Source: Selaginella moellendorffii
Lineage: Eukaryota > Plantae > Lycopodiophyta
Direction of reading: 5' to 3'
Assembly (NCBI RefSeq): GCF_000143415.4
Contig: NW_003314263.1
Span: 2,730,041-2,794,040, forward strand
Length of the DNA stretch: 64,000 nt
The translations under genes and the position numbers were made by a program. This document shows, in pieces, positions 33,099 through 44,423 of this stretch (positions are counted from its first letter, which is position 1; every line of letters starts with the position of its first letter). The notes under the pieces are model-generated. The model searched no databases and had not been told where the DNA came from. It was given only the letters and a program-made list of their open reading frames with translations.

Positions 33099-35676
33099 AT
33101 GGGTCTCCAATCGCTGGTGGCTCTGGCGACGCACACCGGCGAGAACAATAGCTACACCGAGGTGGAGAAGGACCGGCAAGAACAAGATGGGCTTGTGGAT
33201 AACTCCATGCGAGCTCTCGCCAAGAAGTTCCTCTGGCACGGTGGATCCGTCTACGATGCTTGGTTTAGCTGCGCCTCCAACCAGGTGAGTAGTGAGAGCT
33301 CAAAGAACACTCCTTTCTTGCTCTTCTTGCATAGCTTCCCCGCGTTTGCTTCGATTCCTTCCAGTCGCAGTATAAAAACCAAAGATCACTCCTTTCTTAT
33401 TGTTCTTCCGTAGCTTTGCAAAAACCAAAGATCACTCCTTTCTTGTTCTATAGCTTCCTCGCCTTTGCTTCGATTCCTCCACTTTCAGTATAGCGAACAC
33501 CAAAAAGAAACCTTTGTTCTTCTTCTTCCTTCGTTGTTTGTCGGAACTTACTTGTTTTTCTCTTTTCTTCTCCACAGGTCGCACAGGTGCTTTTGACGCT
33601 GCCATACTCTTTCTCGCAGCTGGGCATTGTGTGGGGGGTCACCTTCCAAGTGTTTTACGGGCTTTTGGGCTCCTGGACTGCCTATCTTATCAGCTGCCTC
33701 TATGTCGAGTATCGGGCTCGCAAGGAAAAAGAGAATGTCAACTTCAAGAACCATGTCATCCAGGTAGAGTTATGCTAAAGTTTAAAACTTTTTTCTTTCT
33801 TTTCTTCTCTTCTGGCTGTTTGTGAGAAGGCTTGGAGAGTTTAGCTGTAGAACTTTGAGAGCTCCAAGACTTCTTCCAAAGTTCCTGTAGCTAGAACGTC
33901 GAGAGTTTGTTCTCGCTGCTAAAAGAGTGATATTTGTTCTTGACAGTGGTTCGAAGTTCTCGATGGTCTCTTGGGACCATACTGGAAGGCCGCTGGATTC
34001 ACTTTTAACTGTACATTTCTTCTCTTTGGCTCGGTGATTCAGCTCATTGCGTGTGGAAGGTAAGCTCAAGTTCAAGTTCTCGAGAGAAGGAAACAAAAAA
34101 GAAGAGAGAAGCAAGTTGGTTCTTCACTGGCACTAACATCTTCTCCCCTTCTTTACAGCAACATATACTACATAAGCGATAGATTTGACAAGCGGACATG
34201 GACGATTATCTTTGGAGCTTGTTGCATGACAACGGTGTTGGTTCCATCGTTCCACAACTATAGAATTTGGTCCTTCCTGGGGCTTGGAATGACAACTTAC
34301 ACGGCTTGGTACATGACAATCACTGCTCTCGTCCATGGCAAGGTGAGAGAAGCATCTAAAAAAGCTCCACTGGATGATAAGCTTGTCTCGTCAAAGTTTG
34401 CTGTAGAACTAGAATTATCTTTCATTTATCATGGGATAGATTTTAAACTTCTTACATAGGCGTGGTCTAACATCAATAATTCTCACACTTCTTCACTTTT
34501 GCAGGACCCAGGTGTAAAGCATTCGGCCCCAAATAATCTCGTCCAATATTTCACTGGAGCCACCAACATCTTGTACACCTTTGGTGGTCATGCCGTCACT
34601 GTGTAAGTCGATCATGATTCTCACGGCACCACTTTGCTTGATCCTACGATATCATTCCATCGATTCCCTCCTTTTTCTTTCCTGTTCTTCCTGCTCAGAT
34701 CAAATCATTCCCTTCCGGATCAAATCAAGTTTTTTCTTACTTCTTTTTGCAAGACCAGATGATATAGCTAAGTTTGTGGTTTTCTTGCAGAGAAATCATG
34801 CATGCTATGTGGAAGCCTTCAAAGTTTAAGTCAGTTTACCTCTTCTCAACCTTGTATGTGCTCACCTTGACAATACCATCTGCTACAGCCGTGTATTGGG
34901 CTTTTGGCGACGAGCTTCTCCACAATGGCAACGCTCTAGCATTGCTTCCAAAGAACGTCTTCCGAGACCTCGCCGTGGTTCTCATGCTACTCCACCAGGT
35001 AAGAAAGATCATCGTTCTTCTCACTATGAACTATGATCTTCGTTCCTGGAGCTAAACTTCCCATCGTCTCGCAGTTTATTACGTTTGGATTCGCTTGCAC
35101 GCCCTTGTACTTCGTGTGGGAGAAGATAATTGGCGTTCATAGAAGTCCAAGGTTCCTACTTCGAGCAGCTGCCCGGATCCCTGTCGTGATCCCGATATGG
35201 TTCATGGCAGTCATATTCCCATTCTTCGGGCCTATAAACTCCGCCGTGGGCTCTCTACTCGTCACCTTCACAGTCTACATCATTCCTTGCCTCGCACATA
35301 TGCTCACTTTCAGGACTGCCTTTGCACGAGAGGTACGCACTTAAATGCTTTTCCACTTTATCTCGTGGACGAATCTACGAACTTGTAGCTAGCTACTGTT
35401 CATCCTTTTCGTGTGTTCTAGTGTTCACATCAGGACTGATGGATCGATCCTTGGTTTTTTTTGTTTGTCAAACAGAATGCCGTGGAGAAGCCTCCTTTTA
35501 TAATGCCGAGCTGGGCGGCAGTCTACGTTTTCAACTTTTTCGTGGTGGTGTGGGTGTTCGTTGTGGGCGTCGGTTTTGGGGGCTGGGCCAGCACCGTGAA
35601 CTTCGTCCACCAGATCAAAACTTTTGGAATCTTTGCCAAGTGCTACCAGTGCCCCAACAACAGTCATCGCCACTGA
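33099..35676 (+). CDS. AUX1/LAX: AUX1/LAX auxin influx carrier, multi-exon
   Basis: FLWHGGSVYDAWFSCASNQ|VAQVLLTLPYSFSQLG, WFEVLDGLLG, PSFHNYRIWSFLGLGMTTYTAWY, LYTFGGHAVT, EIMHAMWKP, FITFGFACTPLYFVWEK, FGIFAKCYQC. Confidence 0.97.
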
Positions 35677-35818
35677 TCATTCATAAGATCTCTTGTCAAG
35701 CAAAACATCCACGACAATGAAGTGTACAAACTGGGAAAAAAGAGGGATTTTTACAAGATGGTTGGTGATCGCATTATATACTTTTTTTTTATAAAAAATG
35801 GTTCTAGAGCGTGGAACC

Positions 35819-37500
35819 TCAGTGGTGATTACCATGGATTCTAAGATATCCTCGAGAGACTTTGCACTCTGACTTTGTCATGCATGGCCTCTCCTTTCCA
35901 TTGATCTTCGCGCACTCCAGTGCCAACTTTACTGCCCGATACAAAGGCTCCGGTTTCAAAGGAAGTGAAAGTCTTGGATCCAGCACCGAGTTCCACTCGT
36001 CTTGTTCGACCAGCTCAATCGCCCATCTTTGAAGATCAGCATAAAACTTTCTATTGCCTTCTTGCCAGAAAGTAGCTCCAGAAGAACCACCCCAAAGCTG
36101 TAGACGTCGCTCTTTATGCTCAGTTTGACGGAGTAGCCATTGCACTCGGGATCCAAGTAACCCGATTTGCCTTGAGGTTCGTCTAACGATAGTCCAAAGT
36201 TTGACACATGAGCATTCCACTCGTTATCAAGGAAGATGTAGGCTGCGTCCATATGAATGATCTTGGGCCTCGCGCAAACCTGTGCAGCTATCATCCTTGT
36301 CCCATAACTCTAAAAGTGCCGGACAGTTGGACATGAACATATTGTCACAAAGCGTCCTCAAAGACTTCCTCAATGCAAAATCCAACCAATTATACTAGAC
36401 AAGAGTGGTGATTTCTGGAAACAAACGTTTCTTCAAAGAGTTTACAAGTAATAAAGAATTACCTTTTAGAAATACTGCCCATTTTCACGTCTCAAAGGAA
36501 CCTCTTCGCTGTGGCTGCAAAGTCTTCAAAGGTTCTTGTGGAAGTCTTTGAGGACGGTATATGTAACTGTTTGAAGAGGTTCCTGTTTGAAGACCTGAGG
36601 TTTGAAGACTTTAAAATGAGTTTCGCTACTAACTTCAGCTTTAATCTCCATTGCACTGCTGGGCTTTCTTTTCCAAACATAAACCCAAATTCCTAAGAGA
36701 ACGACACCAAAGACGAACATAGCAACAGTTACATATACTGTCACCTTGATGATTGTTTTCTTCTTCCTCACAACTTCCTCCTGGGAATTCTTATATTTCA
36801 GGAAAAGAGGCGAGCATGCGCATTCGGAGTCTAGAACACTCCCAGTCCCACATGTGGAACACTCCAAGAAAACTTTGTCTGAAAACGATGGAGACAACAC
36901 CTTCAACGTAGAATTGAGCTCAAACTGGTTCTTCCCACACTCGCTTGTGCACATTCTAGCACTACCAAAGTCTAGCAATGGTTCACTAGTCAGCCGAGTT
37001 CCCCCAGCAAACAGCCCTGCTGAAATCACTGAAAACTGAGTTTCGGAAGGAGCCTGGAGTTGCGCTAGACCATCCTGACCCCAGCATACCACCCCGCGGA
37101 CACACACATGGTACAGTCACGTAAGAAAACCTGTAACCTGAAGGAGCAATGGAAGAAGCCGAATCAAAGCTTGGCAACCCGCATATCGTACGAGATCCCA
37201 TAGACACCGACGCGAACTTGTGAGGTTGATTGAATGGTTGCTTGATCTACAGCACCCCAGCAATGTACCTCTCCTGCCTGAGAGACACAAGAGGCTGGAT
37301 GAAACCGAGAAAAACTCTAGCTCAGAGCTTGGAAACTCGTCAATCGCCCAGCACTCAACCCCATTGTCGTTTTTACTAATCGCATGATAGGCACCGGAGC
37401 TCAAGCTTACATAGCCTACATTCTTGAACTCAGCATATTGCGAAGTGAGAACCATACGCAAGCCCGCATGCGAATCGAGCGCCTCCTGAGATGGCAAAGA
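35819..37500 (-). pseudogene. CRINKLY4/ACR4-like receptor kinase pseudogene
   Basis: Crinkly/RCC1-like repeats (SLSSGAYH, VECW, GSRTICGL, VVCWG, FSVISAG), Cys-rich TNFR-like stretch, TM, and kinase pieces (FLDNEWNAHVSNFGLS, GYLDPE, KSDVYSFGVVLLELLSG) spread over several frames. Confidence 0.75.
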
Positions 37501-38037
37501 ATTGCCTGTCTAGTGGTGGAGAGAATTTCTTGTCGTTAGAGATCTAGCTTGCAATACACACAGAGAATAAGAACCTTGGCTTGGAATAGGGAAGTTAATC
37601 CACACGGAACTTAGCTTATACCTTGAGAAGAGCTGATTAATGTAGGTAGAACCAACAACCACTAATCTAATTTGTAGAATATGGAACCTTCGTCAAGCAT
37701 ATCGCGACGATCTCTTGCAAAGATCTCTTATGGACAAATTGGTTGTATCAATAACTGAGGTGCTACAGCGTCCATGTAAAAACAAAGAGGTTTGGAGCTT
37801 TTACCTTGGATGATTTCGAAAATTCAGAACTTCACAAGTTTTCGTTATTGTGGCCGGCTTACATATGGCACGTAAAGATTTTATGTTCGTAGTTTGTTTC
37901 TTTCATTGCTGTAGCTTTATCATGAACTAACATTTCCACAGTGTGCCAAAAGATCTAACATCGGCGAGCTCGGACAGAGTTGCGTGACAATGGGATAGAT
38001 CGGTTTTATAAGAGGCTAATGATCCATTCGATGTAAG

Positions 38038-39942
38038 ATGTTGCTCCAGTTCCTATTCCTTACACTTGAACTCGTATCGACTGATACCATTGCTTTTGGC
38101 AGCTCAATTCGATCTGACAATGCTAATCTAACATATCATGGAGGAAGGCTCATGGTTGATCCGATCACGATCTACGTTACTTGGGTTGGCCCCTGGTCGG
38201 AGAACTCCAAAGGAGCTCTTCGCAACGCCATCCGATCTCTTTCTTCCTCGGATGATCACAGACCTTCAGAGCTCCCGACCTTGTCCGGGTGGTGGAAAAT
38301 CGCGACGCAGTACAATGACTCCAATCAAAGGCCAGTTTCTAGCAAGATCTCCTTGTCGACAACCGAGTGCTATGTCAGTATCGCCAACGCGTCAGTCGAG
38401 CTGATAGAATCCACCGTCTCGAAGCAATGCAGCGATGTTCTTCCGGAAGACCCAAATGGGATCTATCACGCAGTCGTCGGCAGCGATCTGGACAGCACGG
38501 GAGTCTACAAATGCTTTGGGAAATTTGAAGGGAATGGTGGCGGAAGAACTTATCTCTTTGCTCGGCAGCCGAGAGAAGACGAGTACTGTAACTTATGGCG
38601 TCGGTTTGGAGGACTTGCGGAGGCACCGAATGGTGACACAGGTTTGGACTCGTTGATCAGCAGAGTTCTAGCCAGCAGCGCCGAGAGAGCTACAAACATC
38701 GACACGATCGGCTGGAAGGACGATTCCGGAGGAACTATCAGCTCCTTGTGTCCGTCTCCAACGGGACTCACCGATGGAAACAGTCCCGTGATCGAGGAGA
38801 ATGGCGTGAGCTGGAACTTGGTCGGGATAAATGGCTCACGGTTCCTCGTCCAGCAACTTTGGAGCCGAGAGAACAGCAATTGTGCTCTCCAGATCATTGG
38901 TAAGTCGTGGCCATGAGTGTGCATGCATGAATGATTTCACGTTGTTTGCTTGTTCGTACAGCGAAATGCCGCTCCATCAAACCGGTTGACAAGCCAAGAG
39001 GCCTGATAAGCGAGGGCTTGATCGTCAACCACAGCGTTGGCTTGCAACCATATCCTCCTGCAAGGAATTGCCTGTGGCTCCTAGACGTTCCAACAGCGAA
39101 GATCTTCCGTGTGACCGTGAACTTCATGGTTCTAAGCATCACAGACAAGCTCAACTTCTACGAGTGTCCCATATTGCCGCGTGCTTCCGGCCGAGTTGAT
39201 AGTTGCGAGGTGCTAAGATCCATGACTGGTGCTAGCTCTCGGATCGTCCTTCCGGACTTCGTTCCCACAAACTTGATACTCGAGTTTAAAACAAGCGCGG
39301 ACGAACAAGCGGCTGGTTCTCTGGGCTGGGAGATCGAATACAAAGCTGGTAAGAACATCATCTTCTAGTTTTGTTTCTGGAAGAAGAAAAAAGCTCTGTT
39401 TTTTTCGTCCTCCAGGATTCTGCAATGGAACCACTGTGGCCTCCGCCCGATCGGGCTCTATATCGGATGGAAGTCCCGAGGGATCGAAGTACTTGGGCTT
39501 GCGCGAGTGTAGGTGGGTCTTAAACGCGAAAAAAGGCACCGAAGTCCGGCTAAAGTTCACTCGTTTCGACACGATCCAAGGCCGAGACGTCCTCACTGTC
39601 TATCAAGGAAACGACAAGCTCCGGGGCTCCATCTTGGAAAGCTTCTCGGGACGCTACTCCATTCTTCCAAACCGGACGTATAGCGGGCCAGTGTTGCTGG
39701 TTTTCACGACCCAAACCGGTGATGGCGATGGCTGGGCCGCGAACTTTGAGATGGATCATCCAGAATCGGAGTCGCAGCGTCGATCTTCCAGGAGAAACTT
39801 GGTCGCAATTATCTCTGGAGCGTCGTGCTTGATGGGACTCTCGTGTTTGCTCTGTGGAGCGTGCTTGATCCGGCGCTCTTATAGTGAAACTACTGCTAGT
39901 GAAACTACTACTAGAAATCCATGTAATGTCATTCTATTTTAA
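38038..39942 (+). CDS. PHI-1/EXORDIUM-CUB-CUB-TM protein, kinase-less (copy 1); exons 38038-38899, 38962-39348, 39416-39942
   Basis: YHGGRLMVDPITIY..W.G.W, PTLSGWWK, APNGDTGLDSLI, SWNLVGINGSRFLVQQLW (PHI-1 pattern); two CUB-like repeats (GSISDGSP..YL...CRW...VRLKFTRFDT...DVLTVY.G); TM, then a stop. Confidence 0.75.
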
Positions 39943-39965
39943 CCAAATAGAGTTAGGGTTTTACA

Positions 39966-41235
39966 ATGGCAGCTTCGTCTCCCCCGGCTCTGCGATGGCG
40001 CCTTCTCAAGCGATCGCTGCTCCGCTCGAAATCTGGTATGTTCTTGAGCTGGATCGGCTCCCACATTGTCCAGACTTGCAATGCCGCAGATGAGATTGAC
40101 GAGGAGGCTGCGAGGGTATCCAGAGTCCCGTCCGGGAGCTTTGGCCTGATCGCGAGCCGCTGCGTGGAAGATAACGAGGAGATCGATGGTATTCTGTGGG
40201 AGTACACGCTCCCGGATGAGCGGACGACTGCATTGCTGATGAGGTTTGGAATTTTTTCTCGATCGCTTTGTTTGTTCTCATTGGTGAATTTTCTTCCTGT
40301 AGGCAATCACGCAGCGGCCAGTTTAAGCTTAGCGATCATTCGAGCTGTAGAGAGCTCGGCATTGACAACACTGGTGTTATTTGTAAGTGGAGATTTCTAT
40401 TCTTTTTCTTAAGTGAAGATCACAAGCTTTTCATAGGTTTGTGGCCAGCTGAAGAGATTCTTGCTTACTATTGCGTTTCACGACCGGAAATGTTTAGGTA
40501 CGTGATATCTCGCTCTTCCATTTCTTTTTCCATCCAATTCCAATCTGTGGGTAGCGTTTGGATTGACAGGAACAAGAGGATTATAGAACTTGGTGCTGGA
40601 TATGGATTAGCGGGACTAGCATTGGCAGCTTGTACCGATCCTGCCGAAGTTTTAATCACGGATGGCAACCCGAAGGTTGTGAATTGTATCCTATAATACT
40701 TTTGCCGCCTCTCTTTTGGCTCCTTGACTTCCGTCCTGGCAGATATCCAGAAAAATTGCAGACTGAATGCCGAGCTGTTTGGGAAGACTAAAGTCAGCTC
40801 AGAGGTTTTGTACTGGTGCAAAGAGCCAGTACCTCTGGACTCTGAATTTGATTTTATTATTGCTGCTGACTGGTAAGAGACGTTCCTCATGACAGATGGG
40901 ATTTGATGGATGCTTTTTTTCTGTGGCTTAGCACTTACTTCAAAGATTTTCATCTCGATCTGGTGCATACTATCAAATCGATTTTGACACGTACAATGAC
41001 TTCCGAGGCTCTACTTTTCTGTCCTCGCAGAGGTGAAAGCCTTTTCAAATTTATTGAGATTGCAAAATCTGCTGGTCTGGCTGTTGCCGTCAAGGAAGTA
41101 TATGATGCTGATATTTACAAGCTGCACAAGGAGTTTTTGCAAGCCGAAAATACGCAATGGTTAAATTATGATGCAGACCACAACTATCCTTTACTTATTT
41201 CTCTTACTGGTATGGCCAACGTTTTGACTGGATAA
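39966..41235 (+). CDS. CaMKMT: Calmodulin-lysine N-methyltransferase
   Basis: LRWRLLKRSL, SFGLI, IDNTGVICLWPAEEILAYY, IIELGAGYGLAGL, ITDGNPKVV, FDFIIAADCTYFKDFH, YDADHNYPLLI. Confidence 0.9.
40686..40742 (+). other. Probable U12-type (minor spliceosome) GT-AG intron in CaMKMT
   Basis: Donor GTATCCT; branch point TCCTTGAC (40721-40728) close to the AG; splicing restores VVN|YIQKN. Confidence 0.75.
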
Positions 41236-41526
41236 TTTGCCTTGCTTGTGTCCTAAGGAAATCACATGCTTGAAAAGTCTGAAGGTTTGTTTCATCGACG
41301 TTCTGTGCATGCGACAAGTTTGCATTCTGTTTTCTGCGTGGCTGTTTGTCCCGTCATAACTTGTCTTCTACCTTGTTAACACCTAGATTTTGCAGATGAA
41401 GCTGCAGTGACAAACATTTATACATTGGTGAGCTCGGACACTGCTGCGAGCCCATCGTGTTGATCGTAACACGGCATGGCTTTTACATGAGGACTAGGAA
41501 GGGAGGCTTTTGAAACTCGAAGAGGT

Positions 41527-44218
41527 ATGATGGCTAAGATGCCGCTTGAAGCTCTTGTGCTTTCAGTGCTATGGGTGGGACTTGCTAATTTATCGATGGC
41601 TTCTGGCAGCACCATTCGATCTGTTATTGGTAGCAACGGTTTTGCATACCAAGGGGGAAGGCTTATGGTTGATCCTATCACGATCTATGTTGCTTGGGTT
41701 GGCCCCTGGTCGGAGCACTCCAAAGAAGCCGTTCGCAGCGCCGTCATATCTCTGTCCGACGACCGGCCTTCTGAATTCCCAACACTGTCGAAGTGGTGGA
41801 GAATTGTGACACAGTACAACGACTCCAGTCAGAGGCCAGTTTCCGGTAACATTTCCTTGTCGAGAATCGAGTGTTCTGTTAGTGTCGGCAACGCCTCCAT
41901 ACAGTTGATGAAATCTGCCGTCTCCAAGGACTGCTTCTCCGTGTTTCCGGAAGACGCAAATGGGATCTATCACGCAGTCATTAGCAAGGAGCTGGACAGC
42001 ACAGGTGTCTACGAGTGTTCAGGACGGTATATAGATGCTGGTGGAAACAGAACTTATCTATACACAAGGGAGCCTCGACCGGACGAGTATTGCAACTTCT
42101 GGCGCCGTTTTGGAGGGTATGCTGGGCCGCCAAATGGAGACACGAGCTTGGACTCGTTAATTAGCGCAGTTTTAGCCAGCAGCGCTGAGAGGGCTACAAA
42201 CACAGAGTCCGATGGCTGGAACGACGATTCTGGGGATACGGTCAGCTCCAAATGTCCATCGCCAACGGGGTGGGCTGATAAAAATGGTCCCGTGATAGAG
42301 GAAGACGGCGTCAGCTGGAACTTGCGAGGCATAAACGGCTCGCGGTATATCGTGCAGCAACTGTGGAGCCAGAAAAACAACAATTGTGCTCTTCAGATCA
42401 TAGGTACTGTCTTGTTTAGGTGATAGAACTGATCTTGTATAACTAATCTTTCTTTGCAGATTATTGTCATGAGCCGGCAGTCCTGAACAAGCCAAGAGGC
42501 CTGATAAGCCAGGGCTTGATTATAAACCATAACGTTGGTTTGCAGCCATATCCACCAGGTCTTGATTGTATGTGGTTCCTCTCTATTCCGCACTCTAAAG
42601 TCATTCGTATGACTGTCAACTTCATGGCTTTAGGCGTTAACGACAAGCTGAACTTATACGTGTGTCCTATATCGAGCTTGATACTCGGCAGAGAGGTTGA
42701 TTGTGACATGATAAAATCTATGGCTGGGACTAGTACTCAAGTAAGCCTTCCGGATGTTGTTCACTCGAATCTGCAGCTTGAGTTTAAGACGAGTGTCAAG
42801 CAAACACCTCTCTCCATGGGCTGGGAATTAGAGTATAGAGCTGGTAAGCTTATTTCTTGCTATTTCTTCAGAAACTCATCAATACGATTTGTTCAGGATT
42901 CTGCTTCGAGACCATTACCACTACCGATCGTTTTGGTTTCATATCAGATGGAAGTCCTGATGGAGCGCAGTACCTGGGTATGCGTGAGTGTAGTTGGCTC
43001 TTCAAGGCAAAACCAGGCAGCAATGTCCATCTTCAGTTTACTCGTTTCGATACAGTGCAAGGGAAAGACTTGCTTACTGTTTACCAAGGAGACGCTAAGC
43101 GCAGCGACTCTATTTTGGAGGTCTTTTCGGGACGTTATTCCGTTCTTCCAAACCGGACTTACGTTGGACCTCTACTGTTGGTGTTTTCAACGGAAACTGA
43201 CGACGGTGATGGCTGGGCTGCAAACTTCCAGATGGAGCACCCGGATTCAGGTTCACACGGTCCATCTTCCAGGAAAAACTTACTGGCCGTAATACTTGGA
43301 GCGCTCTCGGGAATGCTGTGTTTGATTGGCGGGGTCTGGTTGATATTGCGCTCGTGCAAGTACAACATTGGTTTCAGCCTGACTAGCAGACAGTTTTCAA
43401 GAGCAGAGCTGGATGCTGCGACCAGCAACTTCTGCAAAGAAAAGCTGGTTGCACCGGATATGTTCAGAGGAGTTTTGCCCAACCAGCAGCTCGTTCTGAT
43501 ACAACGGTGCATGCGTTCGTGCGAGAAGGAATTCGAGCTTTTGTCAAGGATCAAGCATTCCAACGTGGCCTCCGTCTTGGGTGTCTGCTACGACATCAGC
43601 GAAAGCTTCCTCATTTTCAAAGACATGTGCCACAGCTCCGTCTTCAGCCATCTCTTTGACGACGACAAGTGCTCGGCTCTTTCGTGGGAACGCAGGGTGA
43701 AAGTTGCTACGCAAGTCGCGAGAGCTCTGGGATACTTGCATACGTTTGCGGAGCCTTGCGTGGTTCACCGGTCAGTGAGCTCCATCAACGTCTACCTGGA
43801 CGGTTCCTGGAATGCCAAGCTCGCGGGATTCGGCAGCGCTTTGAGTGTACGTTCCAGGAGCCAGGAACTCAAGCTGAAAGCCGAAGACGTTTACAGGGTG
43901 GGAGTTTTTATCTTGGAGCTGCTCATGGGACAGAGTGCTTTGAACGCAGAAGAGGACCAGCCAACAGTCGTTGCCCGCTGGGCTGTTCATGTTATCGACA
44001 CAGGGTCCGGCTACGAAATTTTGGACAGGAGGTTGGAGGTGCCATGCGAACGAGAAAGAAGTGCGCGAGCTTTGCTGAAAATGGCGGAGATAGGTGCCTG
44101 GTGTATGAAGGACAAGCCGGAGGACAGACCGAACATGATGGAGGTGGCGGCGGTGTTGGCGCAGGTGGAAACTATTTTCTTTGGTCAATCCAAGCGGCAT
44201 AGTAAGCGTCCAGGCTGA
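41527..44218 (+). CDS. PHI-1/EXORDIUM-CUB-CUB-TM-pseudokinase receptor (copy 2); exons 41527-42403, 42460-42843, 42897-44218
   Basis: Spliced frame is continuous. PHI-1 motifs, two CUB repeats, TM (LLAVILGALSGMLCLIGGVWLIL), and a kinase fold with HRSVSSIN and AGFG. Confidence 0.85.
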
Positions 44219-44423
44219 ATCTACTCGAGGACAAAGCTCACTCGAGGATTAAAGCTATTGTTTTGGACGATCTTGCAAAGTCGCTGCCAGTCTGTCGATT
44301 ATGCTTTTCGGCCTTGGTGCTTCCACCGGTCGAGCAAATTATTACGAGGTAGCTTGCACTGTTTAAATTTTCTTTTGTTCTGAATTCTCATGTGAGTTCT
44401 TGGTGTTTTGTTTCTCCAGGACT

